Assembly (NCBI GenBank): GCA_003344405.1
Contig: NOWV01000259.1
Coordinates: forward strand, 1-64,000
Length of the DNA stretch: 64,000 bases
From: Trichoplax sp. H2
Lineage: Eukaryota
Direction: 5' to 3'
Part shown: positions 40,101 to 52,747 of the stretch, one piece after another
How the letters are laid out: every line of letters starts with the position of its first letter
How positions within the stretch are numbered: position 1 is the first letter of the stretch
Program-made: the position numbers and the translations under genes
Notes under the pieces: generated by a model
What the model was told of the DNA's origin: nothing
The model's database searches: none
Seen by the model: the letters and a program-made list of their open reading frames with translations, nothing else

Positions 40101-40939
40101 CTAATAAGTGTGATCACATAGACAGTAACTATATACAAATGCATAGTGTATTGGCCATATTTCTTGTTTTGATAAATTGTAATTGGTGACAGTTATGATG
40201 AATTATTTTAAATTAATACACTTTGTTTAAATAGATTTAGATCCGACAGGGAGGCAATATAAAAGCTGAGATTTACATGCTCTATAAAGTGTTATTGCAG
40301 GTATCGCACGTTCGAGCACTAGATTAATATGTTCGCTTTACGCGAACAAACAAATTTATATCATTAGTGAAACTTTTAATAGAGATATTACTTAAGCGTT
40401 AAATGATAGCTTACGTTTTTCATTTTAATTACACTATGGTAAAAAATATCATATCAAAAACATTTTTGCCAATTCTACTTTCTCCGTAATATCGATTTTA
40501 TTCACCATTTAGTATTATTTGCATTTTGCTGGTTATTTCTGCAGACCTCCCTGTACAGTTCTCACTTGAGTATTAGAGCACAGGTAAGTTCTATTTAAGA
40601 GATTAGTCTATTATTTTTAGAAATAGTAAATGTTTTGTTACGGACAATAACATCGAATTTTAAGCACAATAAAGGATTATAACAACCACTTGCCGCCAAA
40701 GTTATTAAGAAAAACATCAATTTAACGAGACGAAATTCTCGGATACGAGGTTCAATAAAGATTTTTATTTTAGAACTTGCTATAATGGTAAGATTTAGGA
40801 ATGCAAATAAGCATAGAAATTAAACCAATGCCGATCAACATGCTAAATACTTTATACATATTGATTACTTGTAATCGATGCCGAATTGCTTAAATATATC
40901 CCTTTCGAACTTAATTCATTTAGTGAATTATAATACATA

Positions 40940-41418
40940 TGTAACGAAGCCTCTTAACATAAACGTGGTCTAGCAAGATAAAATTTTAATAATAGTCTGA
41001 CTACTTTATAGTAGAACTGTAACGGTAGGCAATTTACACAGATCTAGAGGTGCGAAAAATAACTAAGAGAAATGACAATTCTGCTCACATGCTCTGCTTG
41101 TTTACATCAAGAAAATTACAAACAAAAACATAAGACAACATTGCTTATTATCTAACAGGCTTTAAGTACACATAATCTCAGTCGCAAATGGCGCTGATTA
41201 CGGGAATAAGATTCATTTCCGGTTCCTTACCGAATAGGATTACTAGTACTGAAATAAGTTACTACAGACATAACTTCATGAAATAACCAATCAACAGTCT
41301 AGGGACTATCGCCTCTATAAGGATATTAGAATTAGTATATACTTAATAACCATACACATTTACACAATCCTAAACAAAATCATCTAATAGCCTTTGTTGC
41401 ATTTCTATTTATGTGACA
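40940..41418. mobile_element. Possible old solo LTR
   Basis: TGTAACG...TGTGACA ends with a degenerate terminal hairpin TGTTGCAT...ATGTGACA; no matching TSD and no second copy. Confidence 0.35.
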
Positions 41419-41635
41419 CAATGTGCGTGCGAAAAGCTTTATAATTATCCAAATTTTGTGTAAAACTAAAATTAGCATATCTATACTATCGCAAATATCG
41501 ACTAAGATTCACTTATAACTGCTTACTTAATTATACTATTTTAACTTGTATCTAATTTTACTTCTGCATAGACATTGACAATAACAATTAAATTCATGAT
41601 CTTTACAGATGCTACTACAAAGCTTATATACGTAT

Positions 41636-42099
41636 TGTAGTGTATTTAGAATGTACTGGAACTATATTCTAGTCTAAAACATAGACATGTTGTATTGATC
41701 TTATATTTAGATATATCTACAGTCTGTTCGCTCTACATTCAAATATGGCTTACTACATTTAGTTATTACAGTCCTCGCTATTTTCTACAATCGTCTGCTA
41801 TTCTATAACCTGTTATGGTATATGTTGTATCTAATCCTAAAATTATGTTCTCTGCATGTGTTCTAATGCCATAGCTATAAATGCTGCCGTTTTCTACCTT
41901 AGATTTGTTAAGTTGCGTTATTAGTCACAGTTAGTATTCACACTGTACTCACGGCAGCTACCACGCTGACCTACCGTAATTATCAGACTGTACCTAACTA
42001 CTATCTACAATAAAGTATCCTCTTTTCTTAAGCTCCTTGTGTAATTCTCTGCATTGCAACTAAAACCACATTATCTGACTCTTCGAACCCTCCATCACA
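41636..42099 (+). mobile_element. Solo LTR, family J (464 bp), TSD CGTAT
   Basis: TGTAGTG...CATCACA ends; CGTAT at 41631-41635 and 42100-42104; TATAAA ~41876, AATAAA ~42009. Confidence 0.82.
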
Positions 42100-42534
42100 C
42101 GTATATAGATATTACTGCATTTATTGATGTCATATATTTTACTTTAATAACGTAATTATCTGTATCTCGCTTTTCTACAATTGCCAATAGACATTTTAAC
42201 AAGAAATATATCAGTTTACTAAGGATCTAGAAAACTATTCTTTAAAAATAAATAATTGTCGAATTAACTAAGAAACTAGAGGAGAATTTTGCTTGTTTTC
42301 AATAGGATCAGCTAATGGTTCTATACGTCAGTCCATTGCTTATTCTTACAATTTTCATTATTACTAATAATCATAAAAATAGTAAATAAAATTACTGCTT
42401 TATTACTATTCAGAGCAATTTACAATTTCGTTCAAAACAGGTGAATGCTTGCAGTTTAAGATTAATCTTTACCAATGAATGGAGTTATCGATATTACTAC
42501 GCAATATATTTCCGCATATTTATATAAGTAAGAT

Positions 42535-43136
42535 TGTAACGGAGTACAGACTCCGTAAATTAATCGTAGCGTTAGTTTCAGTAATTAAGATTTTATTAGT
42601 TGTTAATAACCTTTATTTATTAGGTACTCGTTAATTATAATTTTATTAGCAGTCTAATCATACTTGTTGTAGACTCTGTGCAGAATAGTTTACTTACAGA
42701 GGTGACAACTAATATTCACACGTAGTAATTTCTGTTACTTTGTGCCGACCCTTTGATTGTTAATTGGCTCTTAATTAGTTCGTAACGCGTTAGTGTTGTT
42801 TACGCCGTCTGCCATACTAAACCATATAGACAGCCGGCTATACAAACCTATATATTTTTAGGGTTATTTACCTAAGCTGTGCGCCGAGTGCAGCCGAGCT
42901 AGAGTATATAAAGCCCGGTGCTTTCATTAGCTAGTGAGTTGATGACGATTGACCGTGTAGTGTACGTGTGTAGTTAGAGTAGTCTTGGATATCAACACTA
43001 CCTTGGTTTAATAAACTAATTTAAAAGCCTAAATTTAGTCTACTCTTAGCCTGTTGGGGACACATTTGGCTGTTGTAGCCTTAGTATTTATACAGATTCA
43101 AAGACCCAGATTTCCTTGTCGTGAGCTGACACGACA
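42535..43136 (+). mobile_element. Solo LTR, family L (602 bp), TSD AAGAT/AACAT
   Basis: TGTAACG...CACGACA ends; TATATAAAG ~42905, AATAAA ~43010; terminal hairpin TGTCGTG-N6-CACGACA. Confidence 0.8.
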
Positions 43137-43737
43137 AACATGATATTCACCATCCTTAATTATATGATTACTTGATAAAACTTTTGCGTCATTTTGTATT
43201 TCATTTATGGTGTATTGGGTGAAAAGTTAGGTAGATGAAATAATTTAAATTGTCACATATTCACAGCAGTCCTATTGAACACATACAGAAAGTTTATACT
43301 ACACTACAAGATTTCAAAAATACTTTAAAATTCAAAGCAGTGTTTTCTTAGCCCAACCTCAGCAGAACTAAACACAAGTGAGTATACAGAAACGACATTT
43401 CGGATTTGTAAGCCAAGTTTAAAGTAGCTGCTTATTGATCAAATCTTTTTAGTTTCATACTATTCAATTCATACTTTAGCCCGAATAATGTAAAGCAACA
43501 TTGGCATCATACAAGGCTGGAAAGGACAAAAAAACGTCTGATTAGACTAGATTAAACTATTCTACCTTACTGTATTATCTCCCTTAATAAAAATAAATTA
43601 GCGGTAAATTTGCTTGCAGTAATTAACTATTAATGTATTTATGTAGAATTAAAAGCAATTTAAAAGGTCACTATGTATCATCATCTAGTAAAAATAATTT
43701 TCAAACATTAAATTTGAAATCTTTATGTATAAGATCC

Positions 43738-44287
43738 TGTTACGGTGTTGCCTAGTCATTAGGATAGTTTAATAAGTACAGTAATAGCTAGTATGGAGAA
43801 TATCTATATTTGTAGTGCTAGGTAAGATAAGTAATGCCTTACCGTGGATGTTGTTTGTAATAGTTCATTACATATTTGATATTGATTGTTATTATGTGAT
43901 AGATAGCATTAAGATGATTCAAGTTCTAGTTGATGATAGCTGAATTAGACAACCTACGAGCTTACATTAAGATTAAGTATGAGTAAGACATTCAAAATAT
44001 TTACTGATAGAAAAGCTATGTAAGGAACATCTCAGTTCGAGATATTTCTCCTAGTAAGGTGTAATAATAATACTGTTGCTGTTTGCAAATTAGACGGTTC
44101 CTATATAAACGGGAACATTTGAGCTGAGTGGTGTGGTAAAAAGTTGTAGATGTACTGTATCTCAGCTAATAGAAGTTTCATCTTTACAGTCTTTTGCTAT
44201 GTGCATTTACGCTAAGGGCGTTTAAGTCAGCAGTTACTTATAGACTTTTACTGTACGTTACCTTTTCGCAGAAGTGAAATTGCGACA
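43738..44287 (+). mobile_element. Solo LTR, family M (550 bp), TSD GATCC
   Basis: TGTTACG...TGCGACA ends; GATCC at 43733-43737 and 44288-44292; TATATAAA ~44102. Confidence 0.85.
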
Positions 44288-45596
44288 GATCCATTTTGAT
44301 ATTAACTGATGTCCGTATCCGTCTTTGAACTGGAACATTTGCTAATTAATAACAATTTTACATGTCAAGGATTTCAATTATCCTTATTTCCAAGAAACAC
44401 GTAAACAAAAATATATGTCCAAATTAGGAGATTATTCATAAAGCTAGTGATATTTACATTAATTTAAAAATAAGCTGGCTTAGTATTTTTAGCATTAATT
44501 AAAACTCAAAGAAATCTTACTAATCAGTTCATAAGTGGTGCTAGATATTATATTATGTTACTTGACAATGTACGTGCACGGTCCGTTTCAGGAACGGATC
44601 TAAGTCCTTTAATTAAATTCTTAAGGCAATTTTGCTAATGCTATCTTTAAATAAAGTGGTTCAGACTCGTATGTATAATGTTTATATATAATTGAGGTTA
44701 TAGAATTCAAAAAATAGATAAGAATAATTTAGTCTATTAGTTGACCCCCAGTTCTTGAATATATAATAAAATTAAAATTATTTAAAATTTGGCCCTATAA
44801 CAGTCATTGATTCCTTCAGCAAGCAATTATATCCTAAAAATCACAAGAAAGAGTTGATTGTTTACAATCTTTTAAATTATGTATCGAATAAGTCTACACA
44901 TAACGTAGCATTGCAATAAACTTAATTTTAATCAATCTTCTAGAATATATGTTTTATGAAAGGCTCACAAATACGAATTTTAATTCGAAAAAATTTAATT
45001 TCACAAAATTTTCATTAAGCGTCTGTCAATGACTCAACGGAAATAGTAATGGCTGCAATACCGATAAAGAAGACATTATTTTTAAATACTTCATTCCATC
45101 CTTTTACCTCGAAGATACCATATCTTTAAGCTCTACCCTACTTTTCAGCTACTGGTGGTGAATATATATTACAATTTGTATATTTCCACCAGATACAATC
45201 CTTATTTGTAGTAAGGTCATAATCATAATTACGCTATATCAGTTGTATTTAGGTATCCACCATGAATATTGATGCTCTTCCGGTCGAGAAATTTTCACTC
45301 TTACATCTCTCCTTCATTGCGTTCTTGTACTTTATTACGAAATTAAAGCAAATATGCAAATTTAGTTATACAACACAGCAAATCAATACTATCGGTCATA
45401 GGGTTGAGAGCATAGGAAATAGAGCACCTTTTCTTTGTCATATTGTCTTTTTACAACTGGCTACATAATTGGGTAATTTTGTTTTGTTTTCTATTAGTAT
45501 TTATGACATCAACTAGAACCTACGTGACCTCTAATTTCAAATGCAAACGGATTATAGCTTAAGACAACTGTACACAGCACAATTATATAATGCAGG

Positions 45597-46038
45597 TGTC
45601 ACAAACCAGCTTCGTGACAAGAATAACGTAAAACAAATCTCTAAATTACTATAGTCTCCGGGATTCAGTATCCCTTAACTACCTCACAAGAATTTAGACG
45701 CCTTTAATTCTACGTTAAACTCAACTAGACAATTGAGAACTGCTTTATTCAACTATCTGACGTGCTTATATACCCTTCTACAGCAGCTAACATTCACGAG
45801 TTATCTTATAAAAATATTTAGGTGAGAACATCTACTAACTAGTTTTTCACAGTCGGACTACAATATGTTCATTCACAGAATCATTTCAGTACACATTACA
45901 GCACAGTATTAAATTTACTGTAACAAATTTATAATTAGAGTAATTCCTATTGTAAGGAACTAGATGTAATATATTATCACTATATTATACTAACCAAATT
46001 TAGATAGCTATTTCTTCACGGTAGTTCGCACCGTGACA
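45597..46038 (-). mobile_element. Solo LTR, family A (442 bp), TSD GCAGG/GCTGG
   Basis: Near-identical to 185-611, with similarity stopping exactly at the TGT/ACA ends. Confidence 0.9.
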
Positions 46039-47086
46039 GCTGGCTATACCAATTTCTAGTAAAGTCTGATGCATTAATTTTATATGTAATAGATAATTAT
46101 CTTAGAATTTAATATAATTTTCGAGATAAAGACCTTCAGCATGTAAGCAAAATGATAATACCAATCACAGCTATTTAGGATATCCTTTTAAATCTGAGCC
46201 AACGAATAAGAGTACAAGTCAGCATAATGATATCGTATGTTTCATATTATTGAAAGAAATTTAAGCAAAATTAACTGAAAAGATCTATACGACTACTTGC
46301 AAAAAGTCGAAGTAGTATATAATTGAGTCCTATAATTACTTTTAAATTTTGTTATCGTATCATATATTATCAGCAGCTGCAATCCAAATACAGTACTAGA
46401 AGTAGGTATTCTTACGTTGTCTCCTTTATTCAATTATATAGAATTGAAAATATCCATTTCATAATTATGGCCTTTGTCGACCTTCAGGTTATTGATGTTA
46501 AAAATGTAATACCAAGGTAAGTTCATATAGTAATACAAATAAAATTTATGAAAGAAAACTTAACAACTGACGGTTATAATTAGAATTTTACGATCATTAC
46601 ATGCAATCAGATAAGATTTAAATCAACATAAAATATCGATACATCAATTTAGACGCACAAAATACGGTGTTCAAATAAGAGGATTTCACAGTCTTCGATT
46701 TCGTATAACTTATGGACTTAGCAGACATTCTAGATTAATTATTAAAAAAGCAACAACAATTATTCTACCAGACCTGTATTTTATTGATAAATTTATTTCA
46801 ATTTTTTATCTTTTATTAAAGTAGAGTAATCAACAATTCCATTCTATAAGGTGGAATTGTTCTGAAACATCATTGTTACTGCACAACCCTGTCAATCAGC
46901 TTTAGCTCTACAATTGATTCAATCCTTTATTAACTACGTTCTTTCAATTAATATGTAGAAAATACCAGTGGATAGATTTAGCAGATTAGTATACTAAGTC
47001 TATCATCGCGTACTTTTAACAAGCAGTTAGAATCTTCGTTATCAAGACGTTCTAAGCACGTAAATCTTTATGACCTTTGGAAATTC

Positions 47087-48112
47087 ATGATGAATAACAG
47101 CAATGTAAATCAATCAATGCAACAATTTTACAACACTGTTTATTCTTATGCTGCTATTGGTGCAATCCCTATTACAGCTGTTGGGTTAATCGCTAATATC
47201 TTTTTATTAATTCTCTTTATAACTGATAAATATTTTCGCAAGGCAACATATGATTTACTATTAATTTCAATTTGCTCAGATATCATTGCTAACATCACTT
47301 CATTGATTACCTTTATCCAGATCGCTATACATCATCATGATTATCACAGTGGGTCATTAATGTGTCGCTATTATGTTTATATTTATGCTAGCTCTTACGG
47401 CATATCCATTTCGACCTTAACATTACTTGCTATCGATAGATATTATGCTATTATTAGGCCATTATCGCCATTTTATCGAATCTATCGACGCCAATTTTTG
47501 ATCACATGTGAAATAGGAATATGGATATTGTCCTTATTAATCCATATTCCAACATTTTTCTACATGTCAGTCCATCGACAAGATACACTTTTGTGCGATT
47601 TTCCTGACATAACCAATTCAGTTTCGGCCTATTTGATATCATTTGTATTAATTGACAATATTTTACCATCGTCAATTATTAGCATCGCTTACGGAAGAAT
47701 TATTATTCATCAAAAAAATTATGTACAACCAGGACAAATGGGACGAAATCAACTCCAAAATGATATTAATAAGCGTCAATTAACTAAAATGTTAGGAACT
47801 ATCAGCTTCTTCTATGTAATAACTACTATACCGACATCCTTTGTCTTTCTTGGTTCAGCTATTACGCAAAAATCGTTACTCAAAATTCGCCAAGATAGTT
47901 TAGTAGCTTTTTTATTGATATTTTTCTCTATCTCTGTTACAGCCAGTATTTCAACAATCAATCCCTTTTTATATCTTACATTTGATAAAAAACTAAGCAA
48001 AAAAGCATTAACAAAATTAGGAGCCATTCGCAATTTTATCTACGAAAAGACCATATCGACCCGGGCAGTTTTTAATAATTCAGGTCAAACACCAACAGCA
48101 GCATCAACTTAA
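47087..48112 (+). CDS. Intronless class A GPCR, paralog 5, 341 aa
   Basis: 7TM, GLIAN, SD, MCR, DRY, YGRIIIHQKNYVQPG, NPFLY. Confidence 0.93.
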   Translation: MMNNSNVNQSMQQFYNTVYSYAAIGAIPITAVGLIANIFLLILFITDKYFRKATYDLLLISICSDIIANITSLITFIQIAIHHHDYHSGSLMCRYYVYIYASSYGISISTLTLLAIDRYYAIIRPLSPFYRIYRRQFLITCEIGIWILSLLIHIPTFFYMSVHRQDTLLCDFPDITNSVSAYLISFVLIDNILPSSIISIAYGRIIIHQKNYVQPGQMGRNQLQNDINKRQLTKMLGTISFFYVITTIPTSFVFLGSAITQKSLLKIRQDSLVAFLLIFFSISVTASISTINPFLYLTFDKKLSKKALTKLGAIRNFIYEKTISTRAVFNNSGQTPTAAST

Positions 48113-51100
48113 TTACGTTTTGCTTTTAAAAAGCAATGGCATGAAAAATATATCTACGATCACAGTTAAAAACTTCAATCTAAAATTTTAACCATTCCTT
48201 ATAGCATTTCAAACAGTGATGAATTCGTGTTGTGTTCAATTTCGGAATTTATTGTAAAATTATTCTTTTAGTATGGCTTTATTCCGCCAGAAATATAATG
48301 ATGAAAAATAGAGTCAACTTTTCGACCTAATCAGACTTTTACAACTTTTTTTACATAACTTTATGATTAAAATTAGCCTCAGAATTACAATAAAATTCAT
48401 GCGTAAAGAAAATTAAACTAATAACTTGGTTTTAACACAACTTCTTTACATTTTTTGTTAGTAATTAATAGTATAAGATAAATCTCTAACAAATAGAACA
48501 TTTACTTTTTGAACAGCATTTTATTTGGAACTACTATATCATTTATAAGGTTATAATAATTAATCACGTTTGTAATGTATGTTTTAACCATAGTAATTCA
48601 TTCCTTCATTCGTTAGTGTCGCTAACCAATGCATAGGAATGTCGTAATAATAGTGATTGTAATCAATATCCTTTTAAGAAATAATCAGCAAGCTCATAAA
48701 TGCTTATTGTAATGATTTATTAAATATTAATACAAAGTGGTTCAAGAATCTTCCTTATTCAGATATTAATCATATAATTTCGAACAAATTGATATGTTAA
48801 ATTGATCACTGATATAACAAGCCCAACTGGCGATTATACGCAATCGAAAATAAAGCCATGACTATAATTCTGGCAAATCAGTATAGATCTCAACAAAAAT
48901 AATAGTGCACTTAAATCTTAAATCGATTTATTACGTTACTTAGTACAACCTACTATACAGTACAACTGCATCAGTACAGTGAAGATGTAGGCTAGGCAAA
49001 TAATCGTAAGGTTATACCAGTCAGTTATCAGAATAGATAACAAATTGAAGCAACCATATTAGTAATGATTGTAGAAGAAGTTATCCATAACTGATAGAAT
49101 AGAATACATTTTCTATCCAAAGCTAATCTGGAAGAATCATATTAATTTAAGAACAATTTGCATTAAGGAAAACGAGAATGCTCACTAATCTTCACAGTTG
49201 GCCTTAATTTTTTTTCTTCACCTTGAATTGATAAAATAAATAAATGTTGGCGGTATCCGTGGTACCAAAACTCATTTTATGCCAATTGATTAAGATGGTG
49301 CTTGCAAAAAAATTTACTAACTTCAAATTCACGAATAGTACCGGTAGCGCTTTAGAGAATACCTCAGAAGCGTGTTTAATACATTGGTGATACAAGTGTG
49401 AATGGGTTCCGATATTAATTAATTAACACTAATCCCACCATTTTCGCATGGCAGGTTAAGTGCTGTACAATTTTATGCCTATTTTGTTATTTACCTTTAT
49501 TTAAAAGAACAATTAAAGGTAACTGCGACAATTTGTGACCTACTACATAATTATTATAATCGATTTACCAATTTTATCAAACATGCATATGTAGGTGCTT
49601 GAGAGTGGAAAAAGAAACTGAAGACATTAAAGTTCTAGATATTATTCATATCTTTAGAAGTAGATGTTTGAATTTTCCATTCTTTTTGATTTTAATCTAC
49701 CTACATTGTGAGACTATTATGAGAAAATAGAAATTTGCTGTAAATTACTACTTAACAATCGGATTACGTAAATTGCCATAGATCAAATGCTTACCAAAAA
49801 CGGTACTCATTAAAAAAACAAGGTATTGGAACTGGTTGTTATAAAACTCGAAGTATTTCTACTATCTCTAGTAGAATTAAGACATATCGACCGGAAATTA
49901 TTTTTATAAATTAAATTAATTAGATCATTTTGGCCATATTTTAACGTGATTATTTCCTTTGCCGATCCTACCGAAGTTGTTGCATTTCTACGTACTTCTG
50001 AATCACTCCCATACTATTCTACAATTCCTGTACATAGCTAACTAGCCAAAACACAGCAGCATCATCATCAACGTAATTTTATGTTACACATTTTGATAAT
50101 ACCATAAATAACTAAATCCTAAAGTGATGCAACGTACCTGTGATTATTTCTCTAATCCGATGCTTTACTTACAAAATAAGAAAGTTAATTGAAAATTGTC
50201 TATATACGGTACCAAAAGTAAAGTTTATTATAAGCACTGAATTGTTTTCATGTGTCGCAAGGGTGCTTGTGGCATAGAGAAATTAATGTAAATACATTCC
50301 TAGATATGTTATCTTATGGAATCTACGTTACCTTAATTGTCATTATCACAAAAAATAGTTAAGATAAGAGTAGCGATTGCAATTTAAAGAATATTGAAAT
50401 ATGCAAACCAGATATCGGAACAGAATTTATTATAACCTCTATTGATGAAATGTACGGGCTCTTTATTAACAGTCACAAAAATATCAAGTGGCAACTTCGT
50501 TTACAACCTTCATATTGCCAAGAGAAGGATTGAGTGTGCAATTTTATCATGGCAATCCTCACGAAAGCTTCGTGAAATATTTTATTTAAGAAATCTATAC
50601 CTTGAAACGTGATGATAGACAATGGCTGCTAAGCATTATAAAAATATTAATTATAGTCCTATTTTAATGATAAGGGAACTCATATCGACGTTTAACAATC
50701 GTATTACGTCAATAACGCTTGCAAGATATACATTATGCTATACAGACAGAATGCAGTCCAAACTTTGTACTCTTAAAGCTTTTAAGAAGAAAGGAGGAAA
50801 AGTTACTTTGCCTTCTAGTTCTAATTAAATATGATTCAACAGCAGCAGCGACATAAGTTAGCAAAATCGTATCACCATTTTGTATTCCTAAAAAGTGTAA
50901 GTTAACTTCCCAGGAGAAATTTCAATATTATCTATATGTCTGTAAATCAAATACAAATTCTTCTGGATATTCTTAACGTCAGCATTTGATAGGATTTTTT
51001 TAAATAGTAATATTATTCGGTAAATCAGTAAAGGAAAGGTAGCCATAAAAAAAATTAAATATCACTCACACCTTTCGTTAAATATTTAGTATTTAATGAA

Positions 51101-52747
51101 CGTGCAGAACAGTAGCGATTGCTATGTTAATTTCGAGGAAATCTATTCAATGCTGCGGAACATGAAATACTGGCACAGTAGACTTTGGTTTCATTGACCT
51201 ATGCCAGATACATTGTTCAAGTGTAAATTACGAACAGTATCGATATTTTTTGCAAAGTACCGGCAGAGATTTAAATTATTTATTATATGTTCAGAAATAT
51301 GTTTTTCTTTCCGTTTAAGTTATCAAGTCCTGACAGAAATTTACTCCTTATTATTAAATGAACGTTATTTATAAGAATGATAGCATAAATAACATAGTTT
51401 TTCGCATTTTCAGTATCTTTTCATAGATTGAGCAAGGTAATTCATTATATTGAATAGAAACTATTTTTAAATACCGGTAGTTAGAAAGATGATTAAATAA
51501 AAAACGCAGAATTAATGAAATTTAAGGCTAGATAATTCGCTATTCATTACCAATAACAGATAGTATGACAGCCTTAAATTTATAAAAGTTATATATCGCT
51601 TAGGCAAACAACGATTGTTAATTTAAATCAAATACTTTTAATGAGGTATAACACAATATCTTAAGTTAAGAAGACACTGGAACAAACACACCCAGAATCG
51701 CTATTTGAATGTTTATTAAAAAAGTAGATATTACACCAATTACTTTCATAGCTGCCAATAGCTGTCGCCTTGATTGGCATTTCATCTATTCTTACTATTT
51801 TAGCATTATTTCAATACGTGTAATATGACAGCAGATTTTCTAAAAACATCTTTAACTTACAAGGTCAAAAATAAGAAATGAAATTCTTAACTACTTTCCT
51901 TATACGAGTGATTTATACAAGATCATTTTTACAGATTGTTCTGATGGTAATTAAGGCAACAAATTCCAGAAACATAGAGCCACACCTTAGAAATAGCATT
52001 CATTTTAAGATCTCGATGTGATTAGCTAGAAATAATAATCTTAGCAAACTTTTGCGAATACTTTACTTTTAGCTTGTTTATTCGACTATTTACACTACTA
52101 CCCGTTGAATCATATAATAAATAGTTATACAGTAAACATAGCATGATAGCACTTTGTGTCATTAGCATATTAAGTGCTTTTGCTACACAAATTGAGTAAC
52201 ATGATTTTAAATTAAGACATGCAGTAACGGACAATAATCATCCTGATGAATCACAATTACGTTCAAAATAGGTAATATTGTATGTATTAATTTATTCTAT
52301 CGTTCAGTAAGCCTTTAGACCTCAATAATTAATAGACATTGCTAGCTATTCATAATCATAGTCATCCCAGATATCATAAGAATAGAAAACAATAACCAAA
52401 GCTATTATTTCGAGCGCTTGATAAGCAATATCTTCCGTATTCGTACAAGTCTAGTCAATAGTTTAATACAGAAGATTGTCCAGATCAGATTATATGTTTT
52501 CAGGCATCTTTTTATTTTAATAGATGATTAGTTATTTACAACTGTAATTATGGCTAAAGATGAAGTCTATGCTTCAAGTAGCAATTAGAAAAATTTATCT
52601 TTCCTCAATACTTTCAGTCTTTATTATTTTCATCTACCTGGCAATTCGCTTGCTTTAAGCATAAAAACTTTACTCTTTAAACAATTCCAGCATCAGTTAG
52701 GCTAATAAAAAAATCTAGTTATCAATCTTCATAATTACTACAGGAAC

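Noticed and set aside
22254..48033. Minus-strand ORFs at 22254, 23120, 30992 and 47812
   Set aside because: Antisense shadows of the GPCR coding sequences.
50253..50274. Isolated TGTCGCAA...TTGTGGCA hairpin, and TCACGAAAGCTTCGTGA near 50559
   Set aside because: Resembles LTR U5 ends, but no opposite terminus or TSD could be identified.
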